64,000 nt of DNA. Source: Lingula anatina. Lineage: Eukaryota > Animalia > Brachiopoda. A model generated the notes under the pieces. That model worked only from the letters and a program-made list of their open reading frames with translations. It had not been told where the DNA came from and ran no database searches. The DNA lies in assembly GCA_051362555.1 (NCBI GenBank), contig CM120644.1, positions 21,226,534 to 21,290,533 on the forward strand, in the 5' to 3' direction. Position 1 is the first letter of the stretch. Every line of letters begins with the position of its first letter. Shown in pieces: positions 40,529-55,525 of the stretch. A program made the position numbers and the translations under genes.

Positions 40529-41139
40529 CTTAGCTATTAGCTGTGGTACCATAAGGTCTGGAGTTTGTTTGTGACCCTGATCTCCATGACAACAGGTCCA
40601 GATGATCGTCTGCAAACACATCAAAGATGGCGTCAAGAGCCTCAGTAAACACCCACAATGTCTGGTCCTTGGTTACTACTTCCACAAGAAATGAGCCAAA
40701 ATTCTGAAGGGAAAATTAAACTGAACAGCAAAACTGGCAAATATACAGACCACAAACAGTAACCAAAATTTCATCAACATTAGCAAAAGAGTTTTAAAAA
40801 TTCTAAAAGCAATCGAAGTGTTCCCTTTAATAACAGGTAAAAGAAACAAATGTTTTTTCACTCTTCACAGACTCTGTTGGTTTTCTGATCATCAGTACAA
40901 ACTTTAATGTCAGAAAGCTTTCAGTATTTTAAGTTGTTATCAACTAGACAAAACAGTTCATTTAACACTGGTACTATTCCCTGTGAGTAAACCGTTAACT
41001 TAACCATACATGACGAACATGTACATATCTGGGGTACCTTATAGGTGTGTTTCCATCTCTGTAGTAATGGTGTGGTGGCTCACTGATATTACAGCTGCTA
41101 TCAACAAAAAGTGTTTTCCTGGCCTATTGGCACACTACC
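40529..41139 (-). pseudogene. HEATR3: HEATR3 3' exon remnants, copy 2 (last exon missing)
   Basis: Exon 40703-40529 reads [36 protein letters not shown] with AG/GT boundaries and is frameshifted downstream. Confidence 0.75.
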
Positions 41140-41623
41140 CTGAGAGACAAAAATTAACACTAGGGATAAATTATGTTTGAAACAGAAAAGCTGGCAAAAA
41201 TGCAGTCATAAAAAGTAAAAAAAAATTGCACATGCACATTCAATAAAGGGATAATAACTCTTCACATGAGATCTATTTATTTCACAATAAAAACATTTTG
41301 AACAACTTATAGAAATATGATATATTGTTTTACCACAAAAATGGCAGTTATAGCTATTATTCTGATATTTAAGCTTGTCTTTAGATCACGTGACCTCCAT
41401 TGATGGCTATACTCTCTTATAATCTCTTAAAAGATAATAACAAAAAAAAAAAAAAACTTTTCTAGAAAAAAAAAGAGGGATTCACTTTGAATGTAAAAAA
41501 CCATTGTTAAATATTTGAAAATTGTTGTTTTCTCCAGGAAAATTAACTTTTTGGCCAAAAAGCCAACAAAACTGTCAAATATTATCCCTTTATTATCCCT
41601 TTTAAAAGGTCTATTCTTGCTCC

Positions 41624-43406
41624 TTTTTATGTACAGACACAGATGTGTCTGTACATATTGCCATCACCTGCGTCTGTCGTCGCCGATGCCGATGCCGGCG
41701 CCGTGCACTTTCCTTGTTAACACGATAAGTGGAGGGCAGTTTTACTTTTTGGCTTTATATTTACAGAGCTGATGAATATTCATAAAACGCAGGTCAAGTT
41801 CGAAAATCAGCATGATCGGGCCATTATTGTAGAATTTTTGCTGTTTTTTCACTTTTCAGCATATATGCAACCCTGTTAACACATTTTAAGGAAAACCGAT
41901 AGGCCTGTTGTCATGAAACTCACAGGAGTAATCAATCTTACTAAAACGCAGGTCAAGTTCGAAAATCGGCATGATCGGGCCACTATTTTAGTAGTTATGC
42001 TGTTTTTTCACTTTTTAGCATATATACAACACTGTAAACACAATATAAGAAAAACAGATAGGCCAATTGTCATTAAACTCACAGGAGTGGTCAATCTTAC
42101 TAAAATGCAGGTTGAGTTTGAAAATTAGTATAATCGGGCCATTGTTTTAGAAGTCATGCTGTTTTTTCACATTTCCTCAAATTCAATTCTTAGGCATGTT
42201 AACAGTCTTATTATTTAATTAATAAGACACATAAAAGTGTTTGTTTGACATTTCCTGCATCTTTACAACGTTGTTAGTTGATTATGTAGAAATTATGGTA
42301 AACTTGTTATCGCGTATTGTGTAATAAAGTGTCAAAAATGGAAATAAACTCATATCAGTCAGATTCAATCATTTACTATGTTCAGAATGTCAGAATGGAG
42401 GAAATTGGACATTTGACACAGTTCTATTGATATTTGTCCCATCTCATCAATTTTCTTAGTTGATCATATAAAAATGGCAGTAAACTGTTTATTTCATCTT
42501 ATATTAAAAAAGTGTTAAAAATGGAAATAAACCCATTTCAGCACAGTGCTGTCTAGTTTACATTTTGGCATATTCAAGGTGTCACTTTGAAGTTCCATGG
42601 GCATGAAGACCTTTGCTAGTCACATTTTCTGAATATACATGATATTATTAAAAATTGATGATCATTATGCTGTTAAACATTATGTAATATTGCATCAAAA
42701 TTTGAAAATAACCTATTTTGGGCACTGTTCCCATGATGACCATTTAAGGAAAACCATGTCATTTACTGTTCTCAAAATTACAGAAAGAAACATGGGACTT
42801 AAATACAGCTTCAGTAGGCAATGCAATCTGTTTGGTAATTCTTTCTGCCAGTTAAACAGTTTTTTTGTGAAAGTTTAATTTTTCACATATTGGCATTTTC
42901 AAGGTGTGACTTTGAAGTTCCACAGGCTTGAAGACCCATGCTAGTCACATTTTCTGAAAATCCATGATACCTTTATTTTATTATTAAAAATTGATTGTCA
43001 TTATGCTGTTAACCATTATGTAATATTGTATCAGAATAGAAGAACACACAATTTTGGGTGCTGCTGCCATGAAAACCATTATGGGAAAACCATGTTACTT
43101 ATGATTGCCAAACTTTCAAAAAAAGAAATACAGGACTAAAATGCAGCCTGAGTTGGAAAAGCAGTCTAATTGACTTCTTTTTCTGGAAGTTATACATTTT
43201 CAGAGTGTGAACTTGAACTCCTATGGGGCTGAAGCCTTATGCTTGTTACACATTTTACTTACATTGGAATTACCTGTTGAGCATAATTAAAATTTGATGT
43301 TGAATTTGCAGTTTAACATAATGTACTTTTGCATCAGAATTGACTGTACCCTATTTTGTTTTTTCCTTCTTTTTGTCTGTACATTTGACAGCTTTGCTGC
43401 CTTGTT
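41624..43406 (+). mobile_element. Full-length non-autonomous HINE/Helentron-like element
   Basis: 5' tgtacagacacagatgtgtctgtaca palindrome, 3' subterminal tgtctgtaca, cagc-ttt-gctg hairpin and ttgtt end, T-rich flanks, no obvious TSD. Other copies at 3062-6853 and 62005-63960. Confidence 0.75.
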
Positions 43407-45082
43407 GAAAGTAACATACCTTGGTGGAGTTAAGGAATAAAGTTTTAATACCTATAACTGAAATAAATTTTTTATAAATTTCTTAACCTAAACAGGCCCA
43501 GTAGCCAGGGGATGTGGGGGTCCCTTTTTGCTGGGAAAATGTTTCCTCTGAGCAAAATCTTATCTAAGTACACGAAGATTGCATATTAAAAGGTAAATTT
43601 TTCAGAAAAAGAACCCACTTTTGAAACTGCTGGTTGCTGAAGAGTTTCATAAATTGAATTGAATGACTTATCACATCATGTACACAAACAGCCTGGCATG
43701 TGTGACAAATACAAACTAACTGATAAAATCACTCCTTGTCTTTTAACTAGCTAGATGTTAGCTTGATGGTGTCATGTTACATGTTTACCAATGTTTAGTG
43801 AAGTAATAACAGATAATTATATGCAGTGGGTTGTGCAGATAACATCTTTAAATTATGGCATCTGAAGTATTGGAGAGAAATCACTTCAACCAATCAGATA
43901 CGTCCACTGTAACCAGCAGTTAACATTGTCCAATAAAATGACTGGATTCAAGATGTTAAACAGGGGGTTCCCAATAAAAACTTTATGCATTGCTCAGTAC
44001 AAAAACTAGGTGCATTGGTAATGTTAACAACAAGTTCATATAGAATCCAAATGGATATTCTTATGGTGCTCTGAGAGTTGAATTGTGCAGACGATTTCAG
44101 TATTGGAAAGGACATATTAAGCCTCAATAAGTATTGGCACCTTATCCAAGTGACTGACTGGCTTTTAAAGCAAAATGTAAGACAGTAGAGTAACAATGGC
44201 TGACAGGATGTTATGTACCTTTACATATACATATGAGATGAATGTCCTAAACTTATATAATTTTGTATGCTTAATTCAAGCGTGGGCTCGAAATAGGACA
44301 AATCATTTAGACTTACTTAGTGGATAACGCGATCCTAAGATTCCACGATTCGTGTCAGATTTACGTAAGGTCGCACAAAGAAAACCCAAGTCCACCTAAT
44401 GACCAGTTTAATGGTTTATTAGTTGACGATCTCTAACTACATGTTCTACGTGAAATCTCCAAGCTCTAGGCCGTCTCCCATGGCTCCGTTGAGCGGTCAC
44501 CTTCGAGTCTTCTTCAGTCTGACCCACGATCTTAATTCTAGACGTCTTTTATACATATTTCTTATCACAAGGTGGATTCTGTGCTGCATTATTTGGCGGT
44601 ACATACTAATTTTAATTATTCAAATTGCACACGTCCACTGAAGTTACATAACTACAGGTAAGGCCATAATACGAGTAGAGTGCACAAGCAATCGACTCTA
44701 ATCAAATTAATTTACATGTCTCGGAATTATATTTGTGTAAATGATATTATGTTGAACGATACAACTGAGGGGAGGTTTAAGTATGAAAAAAAAGGTGACG
44801 ATGAAACTTTATTTTAATGAAGAAAGTTTATTTTCCATTGTGTCTCGTTTCAGGTGACAGCGAATGGTCCCTGCATCGCCGTGCCTGTGTCATCGCCTGT
44901 GATAAGATGTGATAAGAAGCTTTGGAAATGGAACTCAATGTTACTTGTGACAAGAATCTCTCAGCAATTAATCATCTCATGAAATTCAAGAAAATAATTA
45001 TACTGGAGAGAAACCTTACAAGAGCAGATTCTGTAGCAAGACTTTTATACCACCAAGTAAGTTCTTAAACCATTCAGTAAAA

Positions 45083-46288
45083 ATGTGCTCAATAGAGAGA
45101 CCATACAAGTGTAGATTCTGTGACAAAACTTTTACTCAAAAAGGCCGTTGCACTGTGCATGAAAGAATTCATACTGGAGACAAACCTTACAAGTGCAGAT
45201 TCTGTGACAAAGCTTTTACAGACAATGCTGTTTGCATACGTCATGAGAGAATTCACACAGGAGAGAGACCTTACAAGTGTAGATTCTGTGACAAAACTTT
45301 TACCGACAGTTTTTCTTGCATACGTCATGAAAGAATTCATACCGGAGACAAACCTTACAAGTGTAGATTCTGTGATGAAACTTATAAAGACAAAACGTCT
45401 TGCAAAAAGCATGAAAGAATTCACACAGGAGAGAAACCTTACAAGTGTAGATTCTGTGACAAAACTTTTACTCAAAAAGGCCCATGCACTGTGCATGAAA
45501 GAATTCATACTGGAGAGAGACCTTACAAGTGTGGATTCTGTGACAAAACTTATAAAGACAAAACACACTGCATATCTCATGAGAGAATTCACACAGGAGA
45601 GAAACCTTACAAGTGCAGATTCTGTGACAAAACTTATAAAGACAAAACTTCTTGCATAAAGCATGAAAGAATTCACACAGGAGAGAAACCTTACAAGTGC
45701 AGATTCTGTGACAAAACTTATAAAGACAAAACTTCTTGCATAAAGCATGAAAGAATTCACACAGGAGAGAGACCATACAAGTGTAGATTCTGTATGAAAA
45801 CTTTTACTAAAAAAGTCAATTGCACTGTGCACGAAAGAATTCATACTGGAGAGAAACCTTACAAGTGTAAATTCTGTGACAAAACTTTTACAGCCAAAAC
45901 AAATTGCACATCTCATGAAAGAATTCACACAGGAGAGAGACCTTACAAGTGCAGATTCTGTGACAAATTTTTTATAGACAAAAAATCTTGCATATGTCAT
46001 GAGAGAATTCACACAGGAGAGAAACCCTACAAGTGCAGATTCTGTGACAAATTTTTTAAAGACTTAAATTCTTGCATGTATCATGAGAGAATTCACACAG
46101 GAGAGAAACCTTACAAGTGCAGATTCTGTGACAAAACTTTTAAAGACAAAACACATTGCATTTCCCATGAGAGAATTCACACAGGAGAGAAACCTTACAA
46201 GTGCAGATTCTGTGACAAAACTTATAAAGACAAAACTTCTTGCATAAAGCATGAGAGAATTCACACAGGAGAGAAACCTTACAAGTGA
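45083..46288 (+). CDS. Tandem C2H2 zinc-finger protein (14 fingers in an open frame; 3 more after the stop); copy 2, probably pseudogenised
   Basis: 401-aa ORF of 28-aa repeats with TGEKP linkers. TGA replaces a Cys codon at 46286 and 46454. Degenerate fingers and a tail to about 47030 are homologous to copy 1. Confidence 0.9.
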   Translation: MCSIERPYKCRFCDKTFTQKGRCTVHERIHTGDKPYKCRFCDKAFTDNAVCIRHERIHTGERPYKCRFCDKTFTDSFSCIRHERIHTGDKPYKCRFCDETYKDKTSCKKHERIHTGEKPYKCRFCDKTFTQKGPCTVHERIHTGERPYKCGFCDKTYKDKTHCISHERIHTGEKPYKCRFCDKTYKDKTSCIKHERIHTGEKPYKCRFCDKTYKDKTSCIKHERIHTGERPYKCRFCMKTFTKKVNCTVHERIHTGEKPYKCKFCDKTFTAKTNCTSHERIHTGERPYKCRFCDKFFIDKKSCICHERIHTGEKPYKCRFCDKFFKDLNSCMYHERIHTGEKPYKCRFCDKTFKDKTHCISHERIHTGEKPYKCRFCDKTYKDKTSCIKHERIHTGEKPYK

Positions 46289-46453
<165 letters not shown>

Positions 46454-47888
46454 TGAAGATTCTGTGACAAAACTTTTACACAAAAAAAATCTTGTAACTT
46501 TCATGAAAAAAAAACACACTGGAGACAAACATATTTTTAATTTTTTTTTAGAAAACATTCACTCCAAAAGGGAATTGCACTTACCCTGAAACAGTTTACA
46601 CTGGAGACAAAACTTTTACTCAAGGTTTTTGCACTGTCCATGAAACCATTCATACTGCAGAAAAGCATGATGCATGCAAGTACTGTGACATAGAGTTTAT
46701 ATCAAAATTGGCCTTTAAAGAATGCACACTTGTGAGAAACCAGACAAATGTGGAGCAGAATTCAGTCAAGGAAATAATTGTAGAACACAAGAAACAACGC
46801 ACAACGAAAGAAAACATGATTCAAATAATGTACATGGAACTTTTGACAGTGAAAGTGGGCCCAACAATGTTCTAGATTTAGAGGGGGAGACGGATGAAAT
46901 AAGTCACATGGAAAATAAACTGACAAACAATAATGCCATAACCCATCACATATATGAGGAAGAAAGAACAGAATACTACCATAAAGATGATGACACTTTT
47001 ACTGCGGAATATCACCATCATCACTGACAATATGATGTATATGGAATACTGGCATAAAAAGGACCACGCCAGGTGTCATCACAACAATTATGAAAAATCC
47101 TTTCTACAACTCTCAGTAATGTGTTCAGATGATAAAAAACAGAAAAAACTAACGCCTCATAACATTGCTATTTTTGGACAATTGAAAAACAATCATATTT
47201 TATCATTATACTGTTATTGATTTAATTGTTCACTGTTAATGAATAACTATTACTTTTATACAGTGTAGGTTCAGTATTCATCAGATCAATTACTTTCATG
47301 ATCAGATACATTGTCTATGATAGATCATATATGAAAAAGAATTGTACTTAGTCAAATACATGATATTATGCTAGCAATTTAATAAGATGAAAAGAATTTA
47401 CATTGTTTAATTTTTAATGTATGAAATTTTTATATATCCAATGACTTAGATACCAAATAAAGAGTTGAAAAAGAAACATCTTTTTCTTTATTCACCAAAA
47501 TATCAAACTCAAAATGAATATTTGATAATACCAGACAAAGAAGATGGCTCTTTATAGACTTTAAAGAAATAGATTCAATGACCGATAGGCAAGTCAGATG
47601 TTGAAAGAGCTCAAAATCTTAAGGAAGGAAGAAAGACAAATGGAAAAATGAAAAAGACAGGAATTATCCCTGTAGATATAGTACTGTATGAAAGAAGTCA
47701 TTGTATTATCAGTGTTCCCAGGTTTTCTGACCAGCCATCAACAAGTCACATCTGTGTCAGCACAATTTCAATATTTTAATTTATCAACTGAACACAAGTT
47801 CACCTAACATTCTGTATCAGTGGGTCAGAGACATTAAATAATTCACAGGCAATTTCGGTATTTTACATGATAACTTTTTATTGTAGTC

Positions 47889-48056
47889 CAGGCCCGTAGC
47901 CAGCAATTTCTAAATGGGGGTTCTTTTTCTGAAAAAGTGGACCTTTTTCCATAAAAACATCACGTACCTACATCAAATTTTACCCAGAGTGGACCTTTTC
48001 CCTGCAAAAGGGGCGCTTCTTTCGAACCCCCCAAACACCCCCTGGCAACGGGCCTG
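47889..48056. mobile_element. hAT5-type MITE, 5-bp TSD TAGTC
   Basis: caggcccgtagccag ... ctggcaacgggcctg flanked by tagtc. Empty site ttgtagtccgtaatt in the paralog near 30600. Confidence 0.85.
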
Positions 48057-51000
48057 TAGTCCGTAATTCCAGATACTATGTTACGGTAAAGTCTTAAGAG
48101 GTAAAGTAAGCTTGTTGACTTTTCTGACCAATTAATCAGAATAATCAACAAGCTGATTTTTATAAGACGTTAAGTCATGAAGCCATTGTCTTAGTTTTAT
48201 ACTAAAAAGTGTAATTCCCCACATATCATTAGAATGTTACTGAGCAAGCAACAAGTGAAAATTAAATTACTGAAACTGGTTATAAATATTATTGTTGTCA
48301 GCATTGGATTTTCTCATAGTGATTTACATGTAAATATTTTGACCACAAATAAGGAAAGTAGTATTACCACGTTATCCAACATAAACGCATACAACAGTGT
48401 CTGTATTTCAAGCCTGTTTGTAATTTTTATCAGAGCTAAATTTGTGCAATTCCAGACAAGTGAACCATAAGTGATGCTGAACTGTAGTCATCAAAATGAA
48501 TTCTAGAATAATAATAATAATCATAATAATAAATCAACATATATGTCAATGATTCAAAATGTCAAAACATGGAAAATTCAGTAGTTAAGAAAATAGGCAG
48601 TGGCAGATTTAGAGGGGGGGGGGTTTAACTCACCCCCTTTGGTTTCTGAAAAATAAAACACTAATCTCAAAAACTAGCTTTCTTAGCTACAAGAATCTGT
48701 TGATCAAAATTTCATGTCTGATCACAGGTAATGATTGATATCATATATAAACTTTTCATTGATATAAAATCTATGAAAAATACAAATATAACCTACTGAC
48801 AAAGACCTCTGTATTGTGGCCAACTGATGACCCCATCACTAATGGTCAGTTTACCTGAGTGTCCCTAGTGCTGTCTTCCTGACTTGTTAACAACTCACCA
48901 CTAAGTGACGGCCTTGGGTTGCCGGACCAGGGTGGAAATAGTGCTGCGGTAGACTCTATGGTGCTGATGGAACGCATTCGATTTCGATGTGCCCCCCTCC
49001 TCACGCTTCCACCCCTTGCTCAGACTTCACGGATCACGCTAAATAATAGAATGTTTGACGCATCTCGGATAAATAAAAAGTGGCTTTCATGGGTTACAAA
49101 TATACCCCATGAGTTACAAAAACACTCTAAGTAAAGTTTGAGAATGCATAATAATAGTGAATGATTCTTAAATAAATTGACTGGTTAGTGCTTAGGGAAA
49201 CGCATTCGCCCTCTGCTCAGGGGTGACGCAGTTGGTTGTGAAAGGGTTAACCGCCCCCCCCCCCTTCCTCCCGTCTCGCCCCTATCCCGGCTTATCACCC
49301 TGAGCGTCGCAGATAATTTGAAACAAACATCTACACTATGGCATACACTTGTCGTTTCCAGTTACTTGCAACCGCAAGGGTTAATTGCTATTAAGATCTG
49401 AACTTCAGGGTGCGGCTCCTACACCTGTGTGTCAAAACTATCGTTGGCTGGTTCATCTTCTGCCGGGAGTTGAACAGTTAACGTGGTCAACAAATTGTTA
49501 GGGAGAGACAGAGGGCATAGAGAATTATCATGTTGTCTGCAAAGTGCTACACAGTGAAACTGGAAAAGTGTGTTATTTTTATACTCTTCTTTGATACTGT
49601 AAAAGACTCTGATTATAACAGCTCCACGCTCTCTTTTTCTTTTGCAGTTCAATGGATACTCCTCTCTCTCGTCCGCCTCTCCCTAAAATGTTCCACTCCA
49701 GAAAAAAAATCAATAATGCTATGGGAGATGTACAGGCAATATTGACCTACATTCTTCACTGCAGTTATTGGCGCTAGTTTAACAATGTTTTGACTTGGAC
49801 GTGATAACGTGATTCACGTCTGTGATATGAAGGTTTATAATTTATATAAATAAATTCATAAACAGGGCGTGTCAATCAAATGATTGGTAATTTATAAGGG
49901 TAAATGGACATCGTTATTTAAAAGTTATAAAAACAGTACATGACTCAAAACCAGAAAAAATGCATTTTTTCTCTTATATGCAAATTAGTTTGCCTGCAGT
50001 AATATAAGGCTGTCCGGAGGTGATGTTCACATCAGAGATTTCAAATAGCGGTGATCTTAATTCTTATTATCTGATAAAAATAATACATATTTGAGCTAGC
50101 AAATGTAATTTCCCCAAACAAATAAAACAATTTTCTTCTCATTATAAATCATTTCTCGATCCGCTCTTCGGAAGCATTTTGTAACAGCTAAAAGGCTGAG
50201 AAGGGCTCTTTGACGAGAGCCCCGGTGTACGCCCCCTCCCTCCCCTCGAGAGGTACTGTAAAGATCACTTTTATTAATATGTTCCAGCGAATCGGAAAAG
50301 TTTTTTTTTTTATAGATATAAATAACTCATATTCCATTGCTTTTATTGCATTTTGTTTGTGGCACCGCTGATTTTAAGCGAAAGAATTTGTCTAACGTTA
50401 GAACGCGAGGGTGTGGTACTTAACTGTTATGAAATTTCCATAACTTTCATGTCCATATTGAATGATCAATTAGTCAATAAGATTTAGATAAAAAGACAAT
50501 TCGAATAATAAAGTAATTGAGAAAAAAATTTTTTTTTAAATCAAATTCAAGGAAGATTGCATTTTTAATTTTCCACACAATCCAAATGCAATAATTTACC
50601 AGTTGACTTTATTTTGGTCTTTAAACTGAAAACGTACTTATTTTTCCCGTTTGTAAAAATAAAATGTGCCACTGATATCTTAATATAATGTTTTTTTTAA
50701 CTACAGATAGAGACTTAACAGTTACCTGTGTCCAGTCTCGTGAAAATTAACCTCCAATTAATACATGGAATAGATAAGCGTGTCGATCCTGGTGCAACAC
50801 AAATGAAAAGCGAACGCGGTAAAAATTCAGTCATGGTTATCGTGAGGCACAACCTACCACCGGTCTTATTCAAAATACAGTAGAATCTACCTCGACATAG
50901 AGAGAAGACATTCATCGTGTCACCTTAAAACAAAGCTGTTTGATAGTTGACGTGGTTATAAACATTGGATATAAAACAGTGGAGGAAGACAATTTTATTC

Positions 51001-52781
51001 TCATATGTAGGGCACAGTGACGGTAAAAAGTCTTGGATTTCGTTTTGCTTGTTTCAATTGATATTATTATCTTTTTGTCACACACTCATTTACGTATAAG
51101 AGAGGGCCAGCCCCTGTTGAGATTTCACATAGATTTTTTTCTTTTATCCTCTTTATTTATTTTATTTTATTTTATTTTATTTTTGGGGGGTGGGGGTGGG
51201 GATGGGGGAGAAAATACATCTGGGAAACAAAACGTTAAAGTAAGAGGCACGCCATCCCCCTTAAATCTGGCATTGAATACGTGGCCAAATCATGAATATA
51301 TGTGGAATTATATTTGGCTTTACGTTTTGGCGTAGGAAACACAATTAGAAAAAAATGCGCCGTGTCTTGCGCGTTGGTAGTTCACCTTGCAAGTAATACT
51401 GCATCTTAGATATTTATGAACAACTTAATTCTACATTTGTAAAGAAGGATCTTGAAACTCAAACCCGTAGATGAGGAACAAAAAAAAAACGGCAAGAAAA
51501 GTGCGATCAAATGCCTTTATTGGCATATTTAGACAAATAAAATGCTAAAATTTGTTTGTTTTGGCCTATAATCGACAACACAGTTAACGTCTTGTCACAC
51601 CTAACACATTATCATCAATTCTGTGGTAGACGTCACAATCATGTTGAGACAGAACAGATGCCAGAATATCGCCTTGTATAATAATGATTATTTCTTATTT
51701 ATTGATAAGATATTGATAACCCAGTGGGTTGAAGTTCTAGATGAATATTAAGAGCACTACAATAATAATAAGATACATTTTAAAATGAATCTAAGATTTC
51801 ATTCCATTTCGTTCTACGTAGATCAATCCAACTCTGCTGAATGCAATCAGTTTAACAGATTAACACACCTCCTCTTGTTTCAAACTTTCTAGTATAATCA
51901 CCACCTTTTCTGTATTGTACCAAACGCCAGGCGGAGGTGTAACAATTTGAAATATTAATTATCGAAGAAAAAATATTTGATACGAATTGAATTTCATTTC
52001 TTTTATTACATAAAATGTGTTATTCAAGTGCTGTAGAATTTATTTATTTATTAACGGGACAGGTGAAAGAGCCTCACCCGGCCTCATGGGCCTACAAGTC
52101 ACCGTACTTTATACATACTGCAATATATCAGAAACAGAGAATAATAATAATAGTAATAAAAAAAATAATCATCATAGTAATATATATATATATATATATA
52201 TATATAAAGGTTGGAAGTTAAATAAACACTATAATTCATGGTATAATCAGCACATGTGCCGCCTTAAATAAAACTGTCTGTCTTAGACTTAAACTGTTTT
52301 TTAAATAATGTGCCAAGTTTTTAGGTTTATTTACAATTATGTGTTTTAACGTTTTAATTAAATCTTCCCTGTCGACATTACTGCCGTCCAGGTCTCCCAA
52401 AAACTGTATGTGAAAGAATCATGTGATGTATGATATATGTTGAAGTCTTCTATATGTCAATATTGACGGCATGAAATGACAGGAGGATATTGGGGAGGTA
52501 GAATAAACCTGTTATAACTTGTGCATGACAGTACAGACATGCGTTATGATAACTGGCTGTATGATGCAAAGTGAAAAAAATCCATTTGAATAAAATACTT
52601 TGGCAAAATATAGACATAGCGTATCTTCACGGCGTTTGTGCTGACGTATTAAAATATTGCACGGATTTTCCTTGGATAAGTGGTATTTTTCTCCAACTAA
52701 TCAACTCTTCTTTCCTGCCACTGGCCAAAACTCTGTAATATAATTTAATAAACGCCTTCGTTATCATGACCAGATTACACG

Positions 52782-52824
<43 letters not shown>

Positions 52825-52927
52825 TTTCAAGTTTATCTGACATTGTGAAGGTAAATGAAGAACACATCATCGCACATTCAGATATGATCACATAATTTAA
52901 AGTTTATAAAGTTTTAGTCTGCCGATT

Positions 52928-52942
52928 CCAGCAGATGGCGCC
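52928..52942 (+). promoter_or_regulatory. CTCF-like motif
   Basis: ccagcagatggcgcc matches the CCASYAGRKGGCRS consensus. Motif match only. Confidence 0.35.
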
Positions 52943-55450
52943 ATAGTTCGCTCAGGTCAGTCACATATACTAAACTCTGTTCAGAAAAAAAGTGCATTTG
53001 ATCATAACCAGTGACGTAAATAATGTTTCGTGTGAGATAATACACTGTCATCCGAGTGATATATTGGGGGGGGGGGGGGGGGGGGGAGGGTGTTAGGGTA
53101 TGAGGTTAATTTTATCACTGGCGTCATTTGAAATATATCTAACACAAACGAGTCCTATGCATTTTTATTGCAGTAAATTGTCAATGAAGGTTCACCTATC
53201 AGATAATGATGATAATTAAGTAAACAATGCGTCCAAAATGTCCTGCCTCCTCCCCCATGAATCGTATGTAACCAACACTCCAGAAAGAGATGTCACGTCT
53301 TCATCAGTTCTGAGTGACCAGGGAGTGGATGCGAGGCGGTCCAGATACTAAGTATACGAATATATCAGTTTCAACCGATTTAGTACAACACTGTAAGATA
53401 TTAATGTTAGTTATTTAATGATAACTTATTTGTGATTCGTTTTTGATGCCTGAATGTTTAAAACAAGTTTGGAAATACCCCAATATTTTGCTTCCTCCAC
53501 ATTTTTGCCAGCTCTTCATAACTCACATGCACTTCATGTTAATTGAACTGCGTTAGTAGATATAGCCGTAGGAGTGAACGTTTTGCGTTTATTTTTCTAA
53601 TTCTTTTTGCAAAGGAGAGAGATAGTATATGTAGGAAAATAGGTAGTTATAAAACTTGCTTGCAAATATCTTAAAGAGAATATTCCTCTATTCAGAAAAC
53701 AGTGAAGTATTTTTTCTTCAGTCATCAGCTTAATATTTCGATGTCAGACAGAACATTCATCATTACTCACCTGGATACCCTCGTTCCCTGATTTCAATAT
53801 TAGATCTAAGCTGTTGATTGCAGAAAAATTACTTCATTCTTATAACATAACACAGCTGATGAAATTATTTTCTGATTTGTCCAGTTAAAATGTATCAAAT
53901 ATTGGCAATATAACATTGTATGATATTTTTGCTAATGTCTTGTGAGCTATTTTTAAAATGCGTTCTTTTATCCAATAAAATTAATGACAAACAGGAAATA
54001 TTACATTAAATAATAATTTCTGCTGGTGTCAATTCTTAATTTCTTTTTCTTTAGTACTTTGAGTTCAGCATACAAAATAATATCACTCCCTTCGAAAACA
54101 TGGGTTTTAATTTCAATTCAAAGGCATATAGTGCGCGTTACATCTTTACCTAGAAAGTAATTAACATCCTGAGAAATTCAACAATTTCACTTTATCACCA
54201 AAGCACACTTTTATCCAACACCGATGAGAAAAGTACGATGAGTGTTCTAGATACCGTATACCTTGGTGATATATTGTTAAAATTTCAAGGAAAATTAATT
54301 GACTTAGTGGATCGAATTGCTGTGAACTGTTTTGTATACCGTATTACCTGAATTATTTATTGTTGAAATTTCTAGAAAAATAAAATTTTAGCTACACATG
54401 AGTCCTGCAATCACTATGTGCCTTTAACGTTAGCTTTACTCTGATGTTCAGATAAGAGATTAGAATACATGATTTCAATTTTCATAAATTTATTCTCGTA
54501 ATGATATCCAATTTTCTGATGTCTAGGTTCGTAGTATGTACACCACGACTTTCGTAAAAATGAAACTGGACGATGATGTCTATTTAACAAATCAAGATTC
54601 TGTGTAAAGATGAAAATTGATGCTATTTTTCAAAATCTGCTAAACTTTGAAAAAACCCTCTTACTTTTATAAGATTGATCAGCATGTGCAAATATGATTA
54701 CTTTCTACATGTGCTATGTGAGGTTCATATATGTTCTGTGATAGCAAAACATTTGTCACGAGAGTTGTAGAATTGCTCATAATTGTAGGTATTTGGTTAT
54801 TGAAATGATTCTTATAATACCGTATGTTTAGAAACAGAGAAAAAAACAACGTCGGATCCGGGACATGTAAATGTAGTCAAATTGTGAAATTCTAGGCAAT
54901 TTGTAGCATTATGTGTACTTGATAATGTTAGTCCAGAGTGGGTTTTCTTTTCGATTTTTCTGATGTTAAAGGTGGGGTGGATACCAGATCTGGCGTTGTT
55001 TTTTAAAAGAAAAAGTCTTTTCTGAAATATTTTCTTTAATATCAAACATAAGATCAATCATAAGAAGTTTAGTTGATAGTTTTATTTGTAAAATCAAATA
55101 GATTGAATTTGTTACATTTTTAGTGAATTCTAATGAAGATCTCAATAACTTTGTTTATATCATTTTATTCAAACCTTCAAAACTTAAAAAGAATCACAAA
55201 TGTAGTCGCACAAACTGGTGTTTTAAGATGGTTAAATATACACGCATATATGGAATGGAATTTTGTTTTGGTCTTAATAAAGAAATACCAAAGGTATGCA
55301 TTGCGTTGTAGTTTTTTTTATGTTCATTGGTACCCAATTGGGGTTCACTTTCCTGCTCGCGTACTTAGATAAAAGCAAGTAATTCCCAGTCTTTTTAAAA
55401 ATTTCCTTTGGTTACTATAAGAAGAAAATCTACCTGGGGAGGGTGGGTGG

Positions 55451-55525
55451 GAACACTTAGAGGAGTAGGTAACGCGCTTGCCTCCGAGACAGAAGGTTGC
55501 AGGTTCGATTCCTGGCGCCACTGGG
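55451..55525 (+). other. tRNA-derived sequence (SINE head or tRNA pseudogene)
   Basis: B-box/T-arm caggttcgattcctg with an A-box-like segment upstream. Acceptor and anticodon stems do not pair. Confidence 0.55.

Noticed and set aside
41153-43433. TTAA-flanked piggyBac-like element hosting the HINE
   Set aside because: The insert is real relative to copy 1, but its ends are not convincing inverted repeats.
55451-55525. Functional tRNA gene
   Set aside because: Only the T-arm folds. Acceptor and anticodon stems do not pair.
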